From Nitrosopumilus sp. (GTDB taxonomy: Archaea; Thermoproteota; Nitrososphaeria; Nitrososphaerales; Nitrosopumilaceae): a DNA stretch of 64,000 bases. Under the pieces are notes generated by a model that was not told the origin of the DNA, made no database searches, and was given only the letters and a program-made list of their open reading frames with translations. The stretch's first letter is position 1, and every line of letters starts with the position of its first letter. A program made the translations under genes and the position numbers. The stretch spans positions 320,001 through 384,000 of the forward strand of contig OZ240211.1 in assembly GCA_965197525.1 (NCBI GenBank), given 5' to 3'. This document shows positions 20,795 to 30,475 of this stretch, piece after piece.

Positions 20795-22464
20795 CTATTC
20801 TGATTAAAGATCCGGACAAAATCGCTTTCACCATTGAAATCTAAATTAGATGTTCAAAAACAAGACAACCAACTAAGATATGGAAGTGTCTTGAATAATA
20901 CACGCAGTGCTAGAAGAGATCCGGATGTACATAGCCGTCACACGGTAATAATAACACAGAATGATCTGTTCAGTGTGCAGATATTTTGTGTATGCTGATC
21001 ACTGTTGTATGATTGTAGGGCCTACAGGTATGATCCGCGGAGGGTGCCACGGCCCGTTTTGATTTTTGAGGGCCTCCTGCATATATCTGAACAGTTTGAC
21101 TATGGCCACTTCTCTGCTGTGCAACAGCTGCCTGATCCTCTTTTGCAGCTCGTCTAGCCCTCCAAAAAACATGTCTGCAACTGCACGCCTTATCTCGCGC
21201 CACTGTATCTCGATTGGATTGTGCTGCGGGGTACGGGGAGGTAGAAACCACAAGATGACATCGCCCTTGGTGCTTTTAATATAGTTGCCCATCTGTCTGC
21301 CGGTGTGGGCTGCCGCGTTGTCAAGTATTACAAACACCTTGCCGTACCTGTATCTGAGATACTCCAAAAGTGCAATCGTACTATTGGCATCCGTCTTTTG
21401 ATGGAACTGTATGTCAAGCGTGCCCAGTCCCAGTGCCCCTATGATCTTTATGCTCTTTTTTGAAAAATTAATCTGGACCGTGTCCTTTCCGCCTTTTGCC
21501 CGTATGCCCCGCGTCGATGAGGGCGCATCTACAAAGGCTGCGGCGTCCACACATACTGCTTTGTAATGCTTGTTGTCATATTTTTTGAGCATCTTTATGG
21601 TTTCGCAGATGTATTCATCCTGCTTTTCAGGCGTGGCACAGTTGTACGGCACGGGTCTTGCATATCTGACAGAGAAACCAATCTTTTTTGTCAGCTGTAA
21701 CGCGCCGCTTGCACCGTACGCCACTTTGAACCTGTTTTTGATATGACAGGCGACAATCTTTGCGGTCCACGAACCACGCAGAAAACCGCATTCTGCAGGA
21801 CTTTTGCCAAGATCCATTCTCAGTCTGTTTTTTTGCTTGACAGAGAGGCGACACGGCCTTCCCGGACTCTTCCTGTCGTGTATGCGTTTGATTCCTCCGA
21901 CGGCCAGACGCAGCAGCCACCCATAGACGGTACTTTTTGCAACTCCAAGAGCTTGGGATATCTGCCTGAATGAACTGCATTGCTTTCTGAGTCTGACTGC
22001 CTGTAGCACGCACTTGACCTTGTAATCCGTGCTGCCTGCGTGCAGTGATTCAATGTCTGCCATATCGACATCTGGAAGAAACGATTTCCCTCGTTCCACT
22101 ATACATGCAGCAGGGACATCCGTACTATGCAAGATATTTCTGCGTCTCATACCGGTCCGACCCTTCTGCCATACCGCGCGTAGTTAGTTGGGATTAACTT
22201 GCAGTGAAGAAAAAATTTACATACGTTCTTAAGCGTTGTTCCTGTGAGTGTTTGTTGTGTGCGTCCCTTCATTTGTGGATATCTGAAGGGATTTCACACT
22301 GTATGTTATTAAGAGACGGTATCAATTACGTTTGAATTACAGCTAAACTGATTTAAAACGTAAGGCACGCACATGCAGGATTGATCAGATCGTGTTGATT
22401 ACCCATTCACGCATCTGTTGTAGGAACTTTTTCTAGAAAGTGTCCGGATCTTTAATCAGAATAG
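20795..22464 (-). mobile_element. IS630-family insertion sequence; apparently intact transposase 20999-22150
   Basis: Perfect 24-bp TIR CTATTCTGATTAAAGATCCGGACA (20795-20818 / 22441-22464) flanked by TA on both sides. HTH, KSPGRP, CVDAA, ILDNAAAH and LPPRTPQHNPIEIQW. Confidence 0.92.
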
Positions 22465-22577
22465 TATCCATATATGTGGACTTTTTATCACAAATTGTTT
22501 TATTGTTTACACATATGTTACTAAAAAATGTAATACACATATATTATAATCGATTACCCATAATCTCTAATGATGAA

Positions 22578-23137
22578 ATGACAGCAAATGAGATTGCCGA
22601 AAAGACTAAGATGTCGTTGCCACTAGTAATACACCACTTAAGCACGATGTCACAAGCAGGTGTTGTCAATATTACCAAGACACGTTTAAACAGCAAAAAC
22701 CAGCCAATGAAATGTTACACGGTCAAAACTGGAATTCTAATTTTACCTGAACAGGCATCTATAAACGCAAAAAAAAAAGTAAATCCCTCTCCAACTCACT
22801 GCGGAGAATTATGCGGTTTTCTGCCATTGGAATGGCAGGATTGGCATCATGGTTATTAATACCAAAATCAAATACAGAGATTGCAATAACTGTACCGCCT
22901 TCTGAATCGGACAACGTGGTAAACAATCAAAGCAGAGATCCTGTTTTAGACATTCTTCCAACAGAAGAATCCGGAATAGAACAATTGTTTCTTGAATTTT
23001 GGACTGATTCCACCACAATCGAACCATTATTGATTTGGATAACTATTCCGATCATGATTGTTGTAGCAGGTATTGGTTTGGGCACTGTGCTTGTCAGATT
23101 ATTTAGAAAAAAACATGACGAACTTGTACATAAATAA
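22578..23137 (+). pseudogene. ArsR-like winged-HTH regulator with C-terminal TM segments, 5'-truncated and split at an A10 tract
   Basis: MTANEIAEKTKMSLPLVIHHL HTH. One extra A at 22769-22778 fuses it to SKSLSNSLRRIMRFSAIG and two TM helices. Confidence 0.7.
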
Positions 23138-23227
23138 CTACATAAACATGACTTTGATCTGGATCCCTCTTTCTGGCAGTTCTATTTGGAGGGTCTGCCC
23201 CAAAATGTCGCACGCACAAATAATAAT

Positions 23228-23255
23228 ATATTTCTAAATTCGAATTTAGAAATAT
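23228..23255. promoter_or_regulatory. Perfect 28-bp palindrome, copy 1
   Basis: ATATTTCTAAATTCGAATTTAGAAATAT equals its own reverse complement. Confidence 0.6.
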
Positions 23256-23525
23256 TTAATATTTACAGACTGAAACAGCAAAAAGACAAGTCAAAGTGCA
23301 AGAACAAGACAGGGATTAAAAATTATTGCAAAGACAACAGACATTGAACTCGAATGTCATAATATCTGAAGAAAAAAGAAAACAGTGCATCATAATCCAT
23401 ACTTTAAATCACAGTCTCTGATTTGCAAGTATGAACGCAGTAATTAGTACAGTGACATAACAGGTATTTACTAGAAATTCATCAAATACTAACAGTGAAC
23501 AAATCCAGGCACAAATTATAATATG

Positions 23526-23547
23526 TTTCTAAATTCGAATTTAGAAA
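23526..23547. promoter_or_regulatory. Palindrome copy 2 (22-bp perfect core)
   Basis: TTTCTAAATTCGAATTTAGAAA followed by TAT. Confidence 0.6.
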
Positions 23548-24230
23548 TATTGTATATCCATGTCATAAAACAACCAAGCAAGAAATTATGTATTATTATA
23601 TGGAACAAAAGATGCAACACACGAAAATGATGCAGGTTGTAAAAATAGAATTAGATAAAAGAAGAAGAAGCATAGAACTAGTAATTTAGTGAATACAATG
23701 TTATAGCAAAATCACATCAAAATAAAAAAAGCAAAAGATATTGACAATATGTCATTTGTCAATTTTACGCCTAAGAGCTAAACCCCCATATACAAAATTG
23801 TATTTTAGGCATGTGGTGATATTTTCAAGATCAGGCAATTTTATGGGGGGTTTAACATTTGAGCCTAGATAAAAAAGGCAAGTGCAATTTCACCATGGTA
23901 GCACAGGTAAACATGTCCAAAGTATTGTAGTTGTGCGTAAAAGCTAAACCCCCCATTTTACGATACATTATACATTTTAGAACGGCAGATAATCAGAGTT
24001 TGATTTTCAAAACCAGATTGAGGTGGTTAACCGTCATTGTGGTGGCGATAATGAAGAGAATGGCCAGAGATGCATTACAACGTTAATAGAATAGCACAAA
24101 AATGGTTCAAAGTATGCATGATAAGGCAAGAATGATGTCAAAGGGTAGGGGGTTTTTGGCTCAAGATGCCCAATGAATTAGACAAATGCAGAGGCGTTTC
24201 AACTATATACCAAGATATCAAAGATAGGGC

Positions 24231-24740
24231 ATGGTACGTATTGGGTTCATAGCAGTAATTGCTGCAGTAATTGTAACCATGGTAATAGCAAATTATGCGT
24301 ACATACAGTACCAGACAAATTATATCGAAGCACAGGAAGGCGACACGATCACAGTTGGTCCGGTAGAGTATGTTATTACCTTTGAAGGCACAAGTGAGGG
24401 AACTAAACAAACCGCACCTGAGAACACGTTTGTAAAAATTGGAATAGTTGCAAAAAACATCAGTAACGAGAAAACAGTACTTTCAGGAGGACAGTTCTAC
24501 ATTGTTGATGAAAGAGAACAGAAACATGAAGCAGTTTTTGGCGAATTTTCAGCAAAAGATCTACTCATAGAAGCTATAGAACCAGGCGAGACAGTAGAGA
24601 GAACAACGCAATTTGACATTCCGTTTGATGATGAGAAACAATACAAAATTATTGTAAGACCGCAAAAAGAACAATCAACAGTTGACACAGCTGTTGTTTG
24701 TATAACAAATTGCCAGTTATCATTTAATGATAATGAATAG
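24231..24740 (+). CDS. Membrane-anchored DUF4352-like Ig-fold protein
   Basis: N-terminal TM, FVKIGIVAKN, IEPGETVERTTQFDIP. Confidence 0.7.
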   Translation: MVRIGFIAVIAAVIVTMVIANYAYIQYQTNYIEAQEGDTITVGPVEYVITFEGTSEGTKQTAPENTFVKIGIVAKNISNEKTVLSGGQFYIVDEREQKHEAVFGEFSAKDLLIEAIEPGETVERTTQFDIPFDDEKQYKIIVRPQKEQSTVDTAVVCITNCQLSFNDNE

Positions 24741-24907
24741 GCCAAGATACGTAATGATGTAATTGCTACCGCTATGATTCTGTTGTTTGCATAACAAATG
24801 ATCAAAAATAAATTACAAAAAACTAAAAAATTTGTCAAATTTTTTTATTGTTAGTGTAATTATGTATGACTTTTAACATATAACACACATGATCATTCCA
24901 AAAAATC

Positions 24908-25249
24908 ATGGCAAGAGCTAAAACAGGTAAAAGAACTGCATCTAAAAAAGGGACAGCTAAAAAGGCAGCGCCTAAAAAAGCAGCAGCTAAAAAGAGAACT
25001 GTAGCTAAAAAGGCAGCGCCTAAAAAAGCAGCAGCTAAAAAGAGAACTGTAGCTAAAAAGGCAGCGCCTAAAAAAGCAGCAGCTAAAAAGAGAACTGTAG
25101 CTAAAAAGGCAGCGCCTAAAAAAGCAGCAGCTAAAAAGAGAACTGTAGCTAAAAAGGCAGCGCCTAAAAAAGCAGCAGCTAAAAAGAGAACTGTAGCTAA
25201 AGGCAAAGCTGCCTCTAAACGTAAAACAGCATCAAAGAAAGGCAATTAA
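24908..25249 (+). CDS. Histone H1-like Lys/Ala-rich basic protein
   Basis: 113 aa with five copies of AKKAAPKKAAAKKRTV and no acidic residues. Confidence 0.75.
   Translation: MARAKTGKRTASKKGTAKKAAPKKAAAKKRTVAKKAAPKKAAAKKRTVAKKAAPKKAAAKKRTVAKKAAPKKAAAKKRTVAKKAAPKKAAAKKRTVAKGKAASKRKTASKKGN
24956..25195 (+). repeat. Five perfect 48-bp tandem repeats
   Basis: Unit GCTAAAAAGGCAGCGCCTAAAAAAGCAGCAGCTAAAAAGAGAACTGTA. Confidence 0.95.
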
Positions 25250-25465
25250 ACAAAAATTGCCATTACTAATTTTTTTCCAAGACATTACAATGTAAAACAA
25301 TCATGTTTAACTGGGTTATCAACATGAATAATATTAACTGGGGTATAATACACATCTAAACAGTTACAGACTAACTAATCTAGTAGCAATACACATTTTT
25401 GAATAATGCACGGCTTATTACTGCACAGTATACGGCCATCAATTAACCAAACACCTTCATTTATC

Positions 25466-25493
25466 ATATTTCAAAATTCGAATTTAGAAATAT
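25466..25493. promoter_or_regulatory. Palindrome copy 3 (27/28 match to copy 1)
   Basis: ATATTTCAAAATTCGAATTTAGAAATAT, just beyond the stop codon of the PPOX gene. Confidence 0.6.
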
Positions 25494-25502
25494 TCAAAAT
25501 TG

Positions 25503-25913
25503 CTATGAAGAATCATCTGATGTAAGCATTACAAAAATTTTATCAGGTTTGATTCTTAAAATTATTCGTCTTTCACCATCGCGCTTAAATGGGTAGGTCA
25601 TTACCCCCAGATATTGCTGTGCAAGTTTATCAATATGCTTGTAATCAGAATCAGGAATTATTTCTTCAAGAGTTCCCCGAATTGTAACCATATCAAGTGG
25701 ATTGTGCGCAGAGACTAGAGATATTGCAACACGTGGATCACGTAAAACATTCTTGTGTTTTACTCTTTGTGCTGCCGTATTGATTAGAATAAATCCATCT
25801 GCATCACAATTTGCCCACACAGGAGTTAGCTGGGGCGACCCATCAGGCATAAGGGTAGCGATAAACACTATGTTTTTTTCAGAGAGCATCTTTACGAGTT
25901 TATCATCCAACAT
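25503..25913 (-). CDS. PPOX-class (split-barrel) F420-dependent oxidoreductase
   Basis: ATLMPDGSPQLTPVW, KHKNVLRDPRVAIS and HIDKLAQQYLG motifs; start moved to ATG 25913. Confidence 0.85.
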   Translation of the reverse strand: MLDDKLVKMLSEKNIVFIATLMPDGSPQLTPVWANCDADGFILINTAAQRVKHKNVLRDPRVAISLVSAHNPLDMVTIRGTLEEIIPDSDYKHIDKLAQQYLGVMTYPFKRDGERRIILRIKPDKIFVMLTSDDSS

Positions 25914-26022
25914 CAATGTAACACCATAGTTACAATAATAATAACATGCTGTCATAGTATGGATTGATAGATCTACAAATACAGCAACAAATTGATGTAA
26001 GAAGCAATCAACAAAACTTTGA

Positions 26023-26526
26023 TTATTGCTCACGAGATTTTTCAAGAACGTTAGTCATTGCTCGATTCATTATCTCCACCATCAAATACTGAGAGTACTC
26101 TTCTGATTTTTTACCTTTTGATATAGTTATTTTTGGCGTCAATCCTTTGAGAATCTTTTCGATCTTGGTAGACGTGTTATCAATTACTTTAGAGTACACT
26201 GAATCAAAATCTACAGGAGTTTCAAAATCCAGCAGTTTGGTAGAGGTGCTGTAAAATTTTGAGATAGCACCACGTGATTCTTCAATCCTTGCAATTTCTA
26301 TTAACCCAGACTCTTTTAGTATCTCTAAATGATGACGTATCGTTGTTAGTGCTTTTTTATAGCCTAGCTTTTGTAGTGTGGAAGAAATTTGATCAGCTGA
26401 CAATGCCTGGTGATAAAGAATTTCTACAATTTTAGCTCGTACAGGGTCTTCAATTGCACGTGCGTGTATAATACTTGTCGTAACTATACGATTAACTTTG
26501 ATCTGTTTTTCTAGCAGAGTTGACAT
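26023..26526 (-). CDS. ArsR-like winged-HTH transcriptional regulator
   Basis: AIEDPVRAKIVEIL and TTIRHHLEILKESGLI. Confidence 0.85.
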   Translation of the reverse strand: MSTLLEKQIKVNRIVTTSIIHARAIEDPVRAKIVEILYHQALSADQISSTLQKLGYKKALTTIRHHLEILKESGLIEIARIEESRGAISKFYSTSTKLLDFETPVDFDSVYSKVIDNTSTKIEKILKGLTPKITISKGKKSEEYSQYLMVEIMNRAMTNVLEKSREQ

Positions 26527-27095
26527 ACAAAAATATCTAGAAACCCAAGCTAAAAGAGCCTAACATCATATTTTTCATCCAAATGAATCAAATTTTATTC
26601 ACTCAAAAGGATCAGACAGGTACCAATTACATAAGATCGTTATCATATGTATTAAAATATACTATTAATCACATACCAGTATTATAATTATGGTAGCATA
26701 ACTAGTAATTATAGAATACTATAATTAAAATTAAAATGTATGATATCATTACATACTGCTACTATTAAAATAATAGTAAAACTAGTAAACTGATAACAGT
26801 AGTAGAAATATTATAACAAATTGATAAATATTGTATCGGTTTTGAAAAATAACAAAATGGCTAAAAAAACACGTATTTGGTAAAATATGGTAGTAAACAA
26901 GGGAATGGGATCAAGGATTCAAGATACGAATTCGAGTTTTAAACGATGCTCGTGCACGAAAAAATAGAATCTGAGTTGATAACGCCATAACATCTCTGGA
27001 TAATCTTAGCGTTTTACAGAAATTTCATACAAGTAGAACCTAGAAGCATGTTTGAGAGTACCATCATACAATCTTTTTACTAAAAATAGTAAAAT

Positions 27096-27929
27096 CTAGC
27101 TCAACGACTGACCTGAAAATCTTTCATATGCTAGAACGTATCGTGCAGTCAATTGTGAGATCACATCTTGCGGGATTGCAGGAGGTATCGGTTCTTGTTT
27201 TGCTTTGCGCTGTTCTTCAAACTGTCTTTGATATCCATTGGCAGTAAGCCAATCACGCAACAGTTGTTTGTCATATGCATCCTGTATACTACCTACCTTG
27301 TACGAATCCTTTAACCACAACCTATACTCGTCAGGACCAATAGAGTCCCCCAAGACAATCTTGTCATCTATAACACCAAATTCTAGCTTTAAATCAGCCA
27401 AGATAAATCCAGCATCATCTGCAACGCGGGACATCTTTTTATAAATATCAATAGATGTTTTTTCAAGCCAATCATACTGACTGCCTGTAACAAGATTCAT
27501 CTCTATTGCAAGAGTCCTACCTATCGGGATATCATGCTCTGATTTAGTGGTTGGATCAAATATTGGTTCTGATAATTTTGATGCAAGTCTTGTGTCAGTT
27601 ATTTCAGGCAAGGGTTTTGGCAGGGTGTTATCGTTATACCGAGTAGCAAGACTGCCATAAAAATAACCTCGTACTATACATTCTATTGGCAACATCCTCA
27701 TCTTTTTTACAACAAGCTCAGTACTAGACTTGCGTTGAACAAAGTGATTAGGAACATCCAGATGGCTAAACCAGAATTCTGCAAATCGACACAACACTTC
27801 GCCCTTATGTGGAATGTCTTGCTTGAACTTTACATCATATGCTGACACACGATCTGAGAATCGAAATAGTATGGTATCATTATCAATCTCGTATAGATCC
27901 TTTACCTTTCCACTAGCCAAGAATTTCAA
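27096..27929 (-). CDS. purC: SAICAR synthetase
   Basis: GKVKDLY, DRVSAYD, ECIVRGY, EPIFDPTTK, DLKLEFG, DSIGPDEYRLW and YDKQLLRDWL. Confidence 0.97.
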   Translation of the reverse strand: MKFLASGKVKDLYEIDNDTILFRFSDRVSAYDVKFKQDIPHKGEVLCRFAEFWFSHLDVPNHFVQRKSSTELVVKKMRMLPIECIVRGYFYGSLATRYNDNTLPKPLPEITDTRLASKLSEPIFDPTTKSEHDIPIGRTLAIEMNLVTGSQYDWLEKTSIDIYKKMSRVADDAGFILADLKLEFGVIDDKIVLGDSIGPDEYRLWLKDSYKVGSIQDAYDKQLLRDWLTANGYQRQFEEQRKAKQEPIPPAIPQDVISQLTARYVLAYERFSGQSLS

Positions 27930-28016
27930 GTAATAATCATTAATTTTGATAGAATTTAACTGCTAGGATTAATAAAGAGAGATATTCAAATAACTTTCTG
28001 ACCAGCTAGTTACATA

Positions 28017-28166
28017 ATGAAAAAACTAGACGGATCAATAACTAATATGCTACGACATCTTCGAGCAGATGATCCTTACACGTACAAGATACCATTAGAC
28101 AAGTTTAAAGAATTAGACATCATCACGATTGATGCCGACAAGGACGAAGAAATACCACCAACGTAG
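28017..28166 (+). CDS. Small hypothetical protein (49 aa, below the ORF-track cut-off)
   Basis: MKKLDGSITNMLRHLRADDPYTYKIPLDKFKELDIITIDADKDEEIPPT; fills the purC-DUF427 gap. Confidence 0.35.
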   Translation: MKKLDGSITNMLRHLRADDPYTYKIPLDKFKELDIITIDADKDEEIPPT

Positions 28167-28192
28167 AATAGCAATGTATCAGTAACAACAGA

Positions 28193-28474
28193 TTACTCTA
28201 CTATTTTGACCCCATTCCAAAATGCAATCATTCCTTTTATCTTCATGGCAGCGTCATTGGGTTGTGCATAATACCAAGCACAGTCAACATTAGTCTTGCC
28301 ATTTACAACAACAGAATAATAGCTTGCCATTCCTTTCCAGCCGCACACACTAGTAAATTCTGTTTTTTTAAAGTATTCTTCTTTGATAGAATCAAATGGA
28401 AAGTAATGATTCCCTTCAACGACTATTGTATCATCGCTTTGCGCAATAACAGCATCATTCCAGATTGCTTTCAT
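28193..28474 (-). CDS. DUF427 family protein
   Basis: VEGNHYFP, CGWKGMASYY and DCAWYY motifs. Confidence 0.9.
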   Translation of the reverse strand: MKAIWNDAVIAQSDDTIVVEGNHYFPFDSIKEEYFKKTEFTSVCGWKGMASYYSVVVNGKTNVDCAWYYAQPNDAAMKIKGMIAFWNGVKIVE

Positions 28475-28594
28475 ACTTTTGTATCTGTAAACAACTCTTT
28501 TTAAACGTAATTTTCAAATCGAGTTTTTACCAAATCGCTTAAAGAAAATATCAAATCATCCCCTCCAAAACACAATTAGCGATTTAAAAATATG

Positions 28595-30052
28595 TCACTC
28601 GTCACCCTTCATCTCTTGACGGCTCTTAAATTCAGGTGTGAGTCCCAGAGAATCGTAATTGCCAGTAGAGCATGTAAAACACATTGAATCCTTTGGAATA
28701 CCTACTGCTGCTGCAAGGTTTTCAGCATCATTATACCCTAAAAAGTCAGCACCGATACTCTTCCTTACCATCTCTGTGATTTTGGTGTTGTCGTCGTTAT
28801 CATGACTGTCATCTAACTGGCTATTATCAGAGAATGTTGCCAACTCTTCTTGAGAGGGAAAGTCAATTCCCGCATAGCATGGGAATTTTATAGGAGGATA
28901 CGTTATCACCATGCTAATCTTTCTTGCACCAGCCCGTCTGAGCGCTTTGATGATAGCCTTTGAGCTAGTGCCCCTAACCAAACTATCATCAATTACAACG
29001 ACGTGCTTCTCTTGAATTATCTCTTTAATTGGAATTATCCATCTATTAATCTCCACTCTGTCTGATTGGTGTGGTTCTATAAAACTACGCAACGGGCCTT
29101 TCTTACTATACCTGTCTTTTAGAAGACCCTCATCAAACGGGACTCCAAGCTCTTGTGCATATCCTAGTGCAGCAGGCCGTGCAGAGTCAGGAACGGGAAT
29201 AACTAGGTCAGCGTCTCGAATAGGGAATTTTTTTGCCAAAAACCTTCCGATATTTTTTCTTGCAACGTAAATGTTGGTACCCTCCATATTACTTGAAGGA
29301 TGCGCAAAATATGTAAACTCAAATGAACAATGCGCACGTGCAGGATCAGTTGAGAATGATTCACTCTCCAATCCATCCTTACTCATCTTGATCAACTCTC
29401 CGGGATTTACATTTCGTTTGAATGTCGCCCCGACTGCAGACACTGCAGAAGATTCAGATGCCACGATGTATGTATTATCAGATTCTTTGTGACCTAACAC
29501 CATGGGACGAAACCCCTTTGGATCACGTGCTGCATAAACTGATTGATCATCAGAGATAAATGTAAAACAGTACGAGCCGATCATCTCGTTTTTTAGAATC
29601 GACAGTGCTTGCCCCATCTGATTGTTCTCAGATATCAACGAAACCAGTCTTTGGGCTGCAACTAGAGTGTCACTAGCATTTTGTGGAGTAAACGAGCATC
29701 CTCCAACTAGGTTGGATAGCTCTTGGGCATTAGCTATGGTTCCGTTATGGGCAATACACAAATCTTTTACCCGAAGTGGTTGGGCATTCTCAAGTGTGCT
29801 CTTGCCCATCGTAGAATAACGAACATGTCCAATAACTGCACTAGAGGCATACTCTTTTGTAATTGCACGAAACTCAGGTGATGATGCTGATACCAAACCC
29901 AGTCGTTTAAGTGGCGGTTTATTGGGAACTGCAAGCCCCCACGCTTCCTGACCCCGATGCTGTAAGGCTCGCAGGGCGTCAATTGCCATCGGAATAACAT
30001 TGGTTCCAGTCAAACTGTAAATCCCTACGACACCGCAATTTTCTTTAACCAA
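28595..30052 (-). CDS. purF: Amidophosphoribosyltransferase
   Basis: ENCGVVG N-terminal nucleophile Cys, LQHRGQE, GHVRYST, HNGTI, CSFEFTYFAHP and IDDSLVRGT. Confidence 0.97.
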   Translation of the reverse strand: MVKENCGVVGIYSLTGTNVIPMAIDALRALQHRGQEAWGLAVPNKPPLKRLGLVSASSPEFRAITKEYASSAVIGHVRYSTMGKSTLENAQPLRVKDLCIAHNGTIANAQELSNLVGGCSFTPQNASDTLVAAQRLVSLISENNQMGQALSILKNEMIGSYCFTFISDDQSVYAARDPKGFRPMVLGHKESDNTYIVASESSAVSAVGATFKRNVNPGELIKMSKDGLESESFSTDPARAHCSFEFTYFAHPSSNMEGTNIYVARKNIGRFLAKKFPIRDADLVIPVPDSARPAALGYAQELGVPFDEGLLKDRYSKKGPLRSFIEPHQSDRVEINRWIIPIKEIIQEKHVVVIDDSLVRGTSSKAIIKALRRAGARKISMVITYPPIKFPCYAGIDFPSQEELATFSDNSQLDDSHDNDDNTKITEMVRKSIGADFLGYNDAENLAAAVGIPKDSMCFTCSTGNYDSLGLTPEFKSRQEMKGDE

Positions 30053-30151
30053 GATAGACTACCGCCTGTTTAGTAGTATGACAGATAGTATATTGATTTA
30101 AACCTCGCAAAATGACAAAATCTGTTAGAAATTCTAGTGCCAGAATCATCC

Positions 30152-30403
30152 TCAAATATCATTGGATATTGAACAATAAAAATGATAGAGTTGATTACTA
30201 GTAAAAGATTGAATGCGTTGTATCAATATTGTCGGTTCTGTCGGGTTATAGACATCTGAAATATGGATCTTAATTCTATCGTCCCAATCTTTCATGTTTT
30301 GCTCAAAAAAAAGACACTGTTCAGAATCACAGTCTACAATTTTTTCAGGACATATGATCAGCGCTGCATCAAGATTGATAAAACCTGTCAGATCTGCCAG
30401 CAT
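30152..30403 (-). CDS. Hypothetical protein
   Basis: 83-aa ORF with no recognisable motif. Confidence 0.25.
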   Translation of the reverse strand: MLADLTGFINLDAALIICPEKIVDCDSEQCLFFEQNMKDWDDRIKIHISDVYNPTEPTILIQRIQSFTSNQLYHFYCSISNDI

Positions 30404-30475
30404 AAAATATGTTTATTATTTATAGTTCTAAAGATTTATGTAAATCTTTATTAATATATCACAACTATTTGAATT

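Noticed and set aside
19408-20895. Apparent TIRs for the ISL2-like element (TGATCATCTAATT versus AATTAGATGTTCA; TTATTCAAG versus CTTGAATAA)
   Set aside because: The right-hand matches fall inside the IS630 defined by a perfect 24-bp TIR, so they are probably chance matches in AT-rich DNA.
24835-25245. Hydrophobic repeat ORF on the - strand
   Set aside because: It is the reverse complement of the Lys/Ala histone-like gene.
23228-25493. CRISPR array (palindromic repeats, 48-bp repeats)
   Set aside because: There are no regularly spaced unique spacers and no cas genes; the 48-bp units are contiguous and coding.
26530-27090. AT-rich gap with recurring TAGTAA-like words
   Set aside because: Low complexity with no consistent period or structure; consistent with ordinary promoter DNA.
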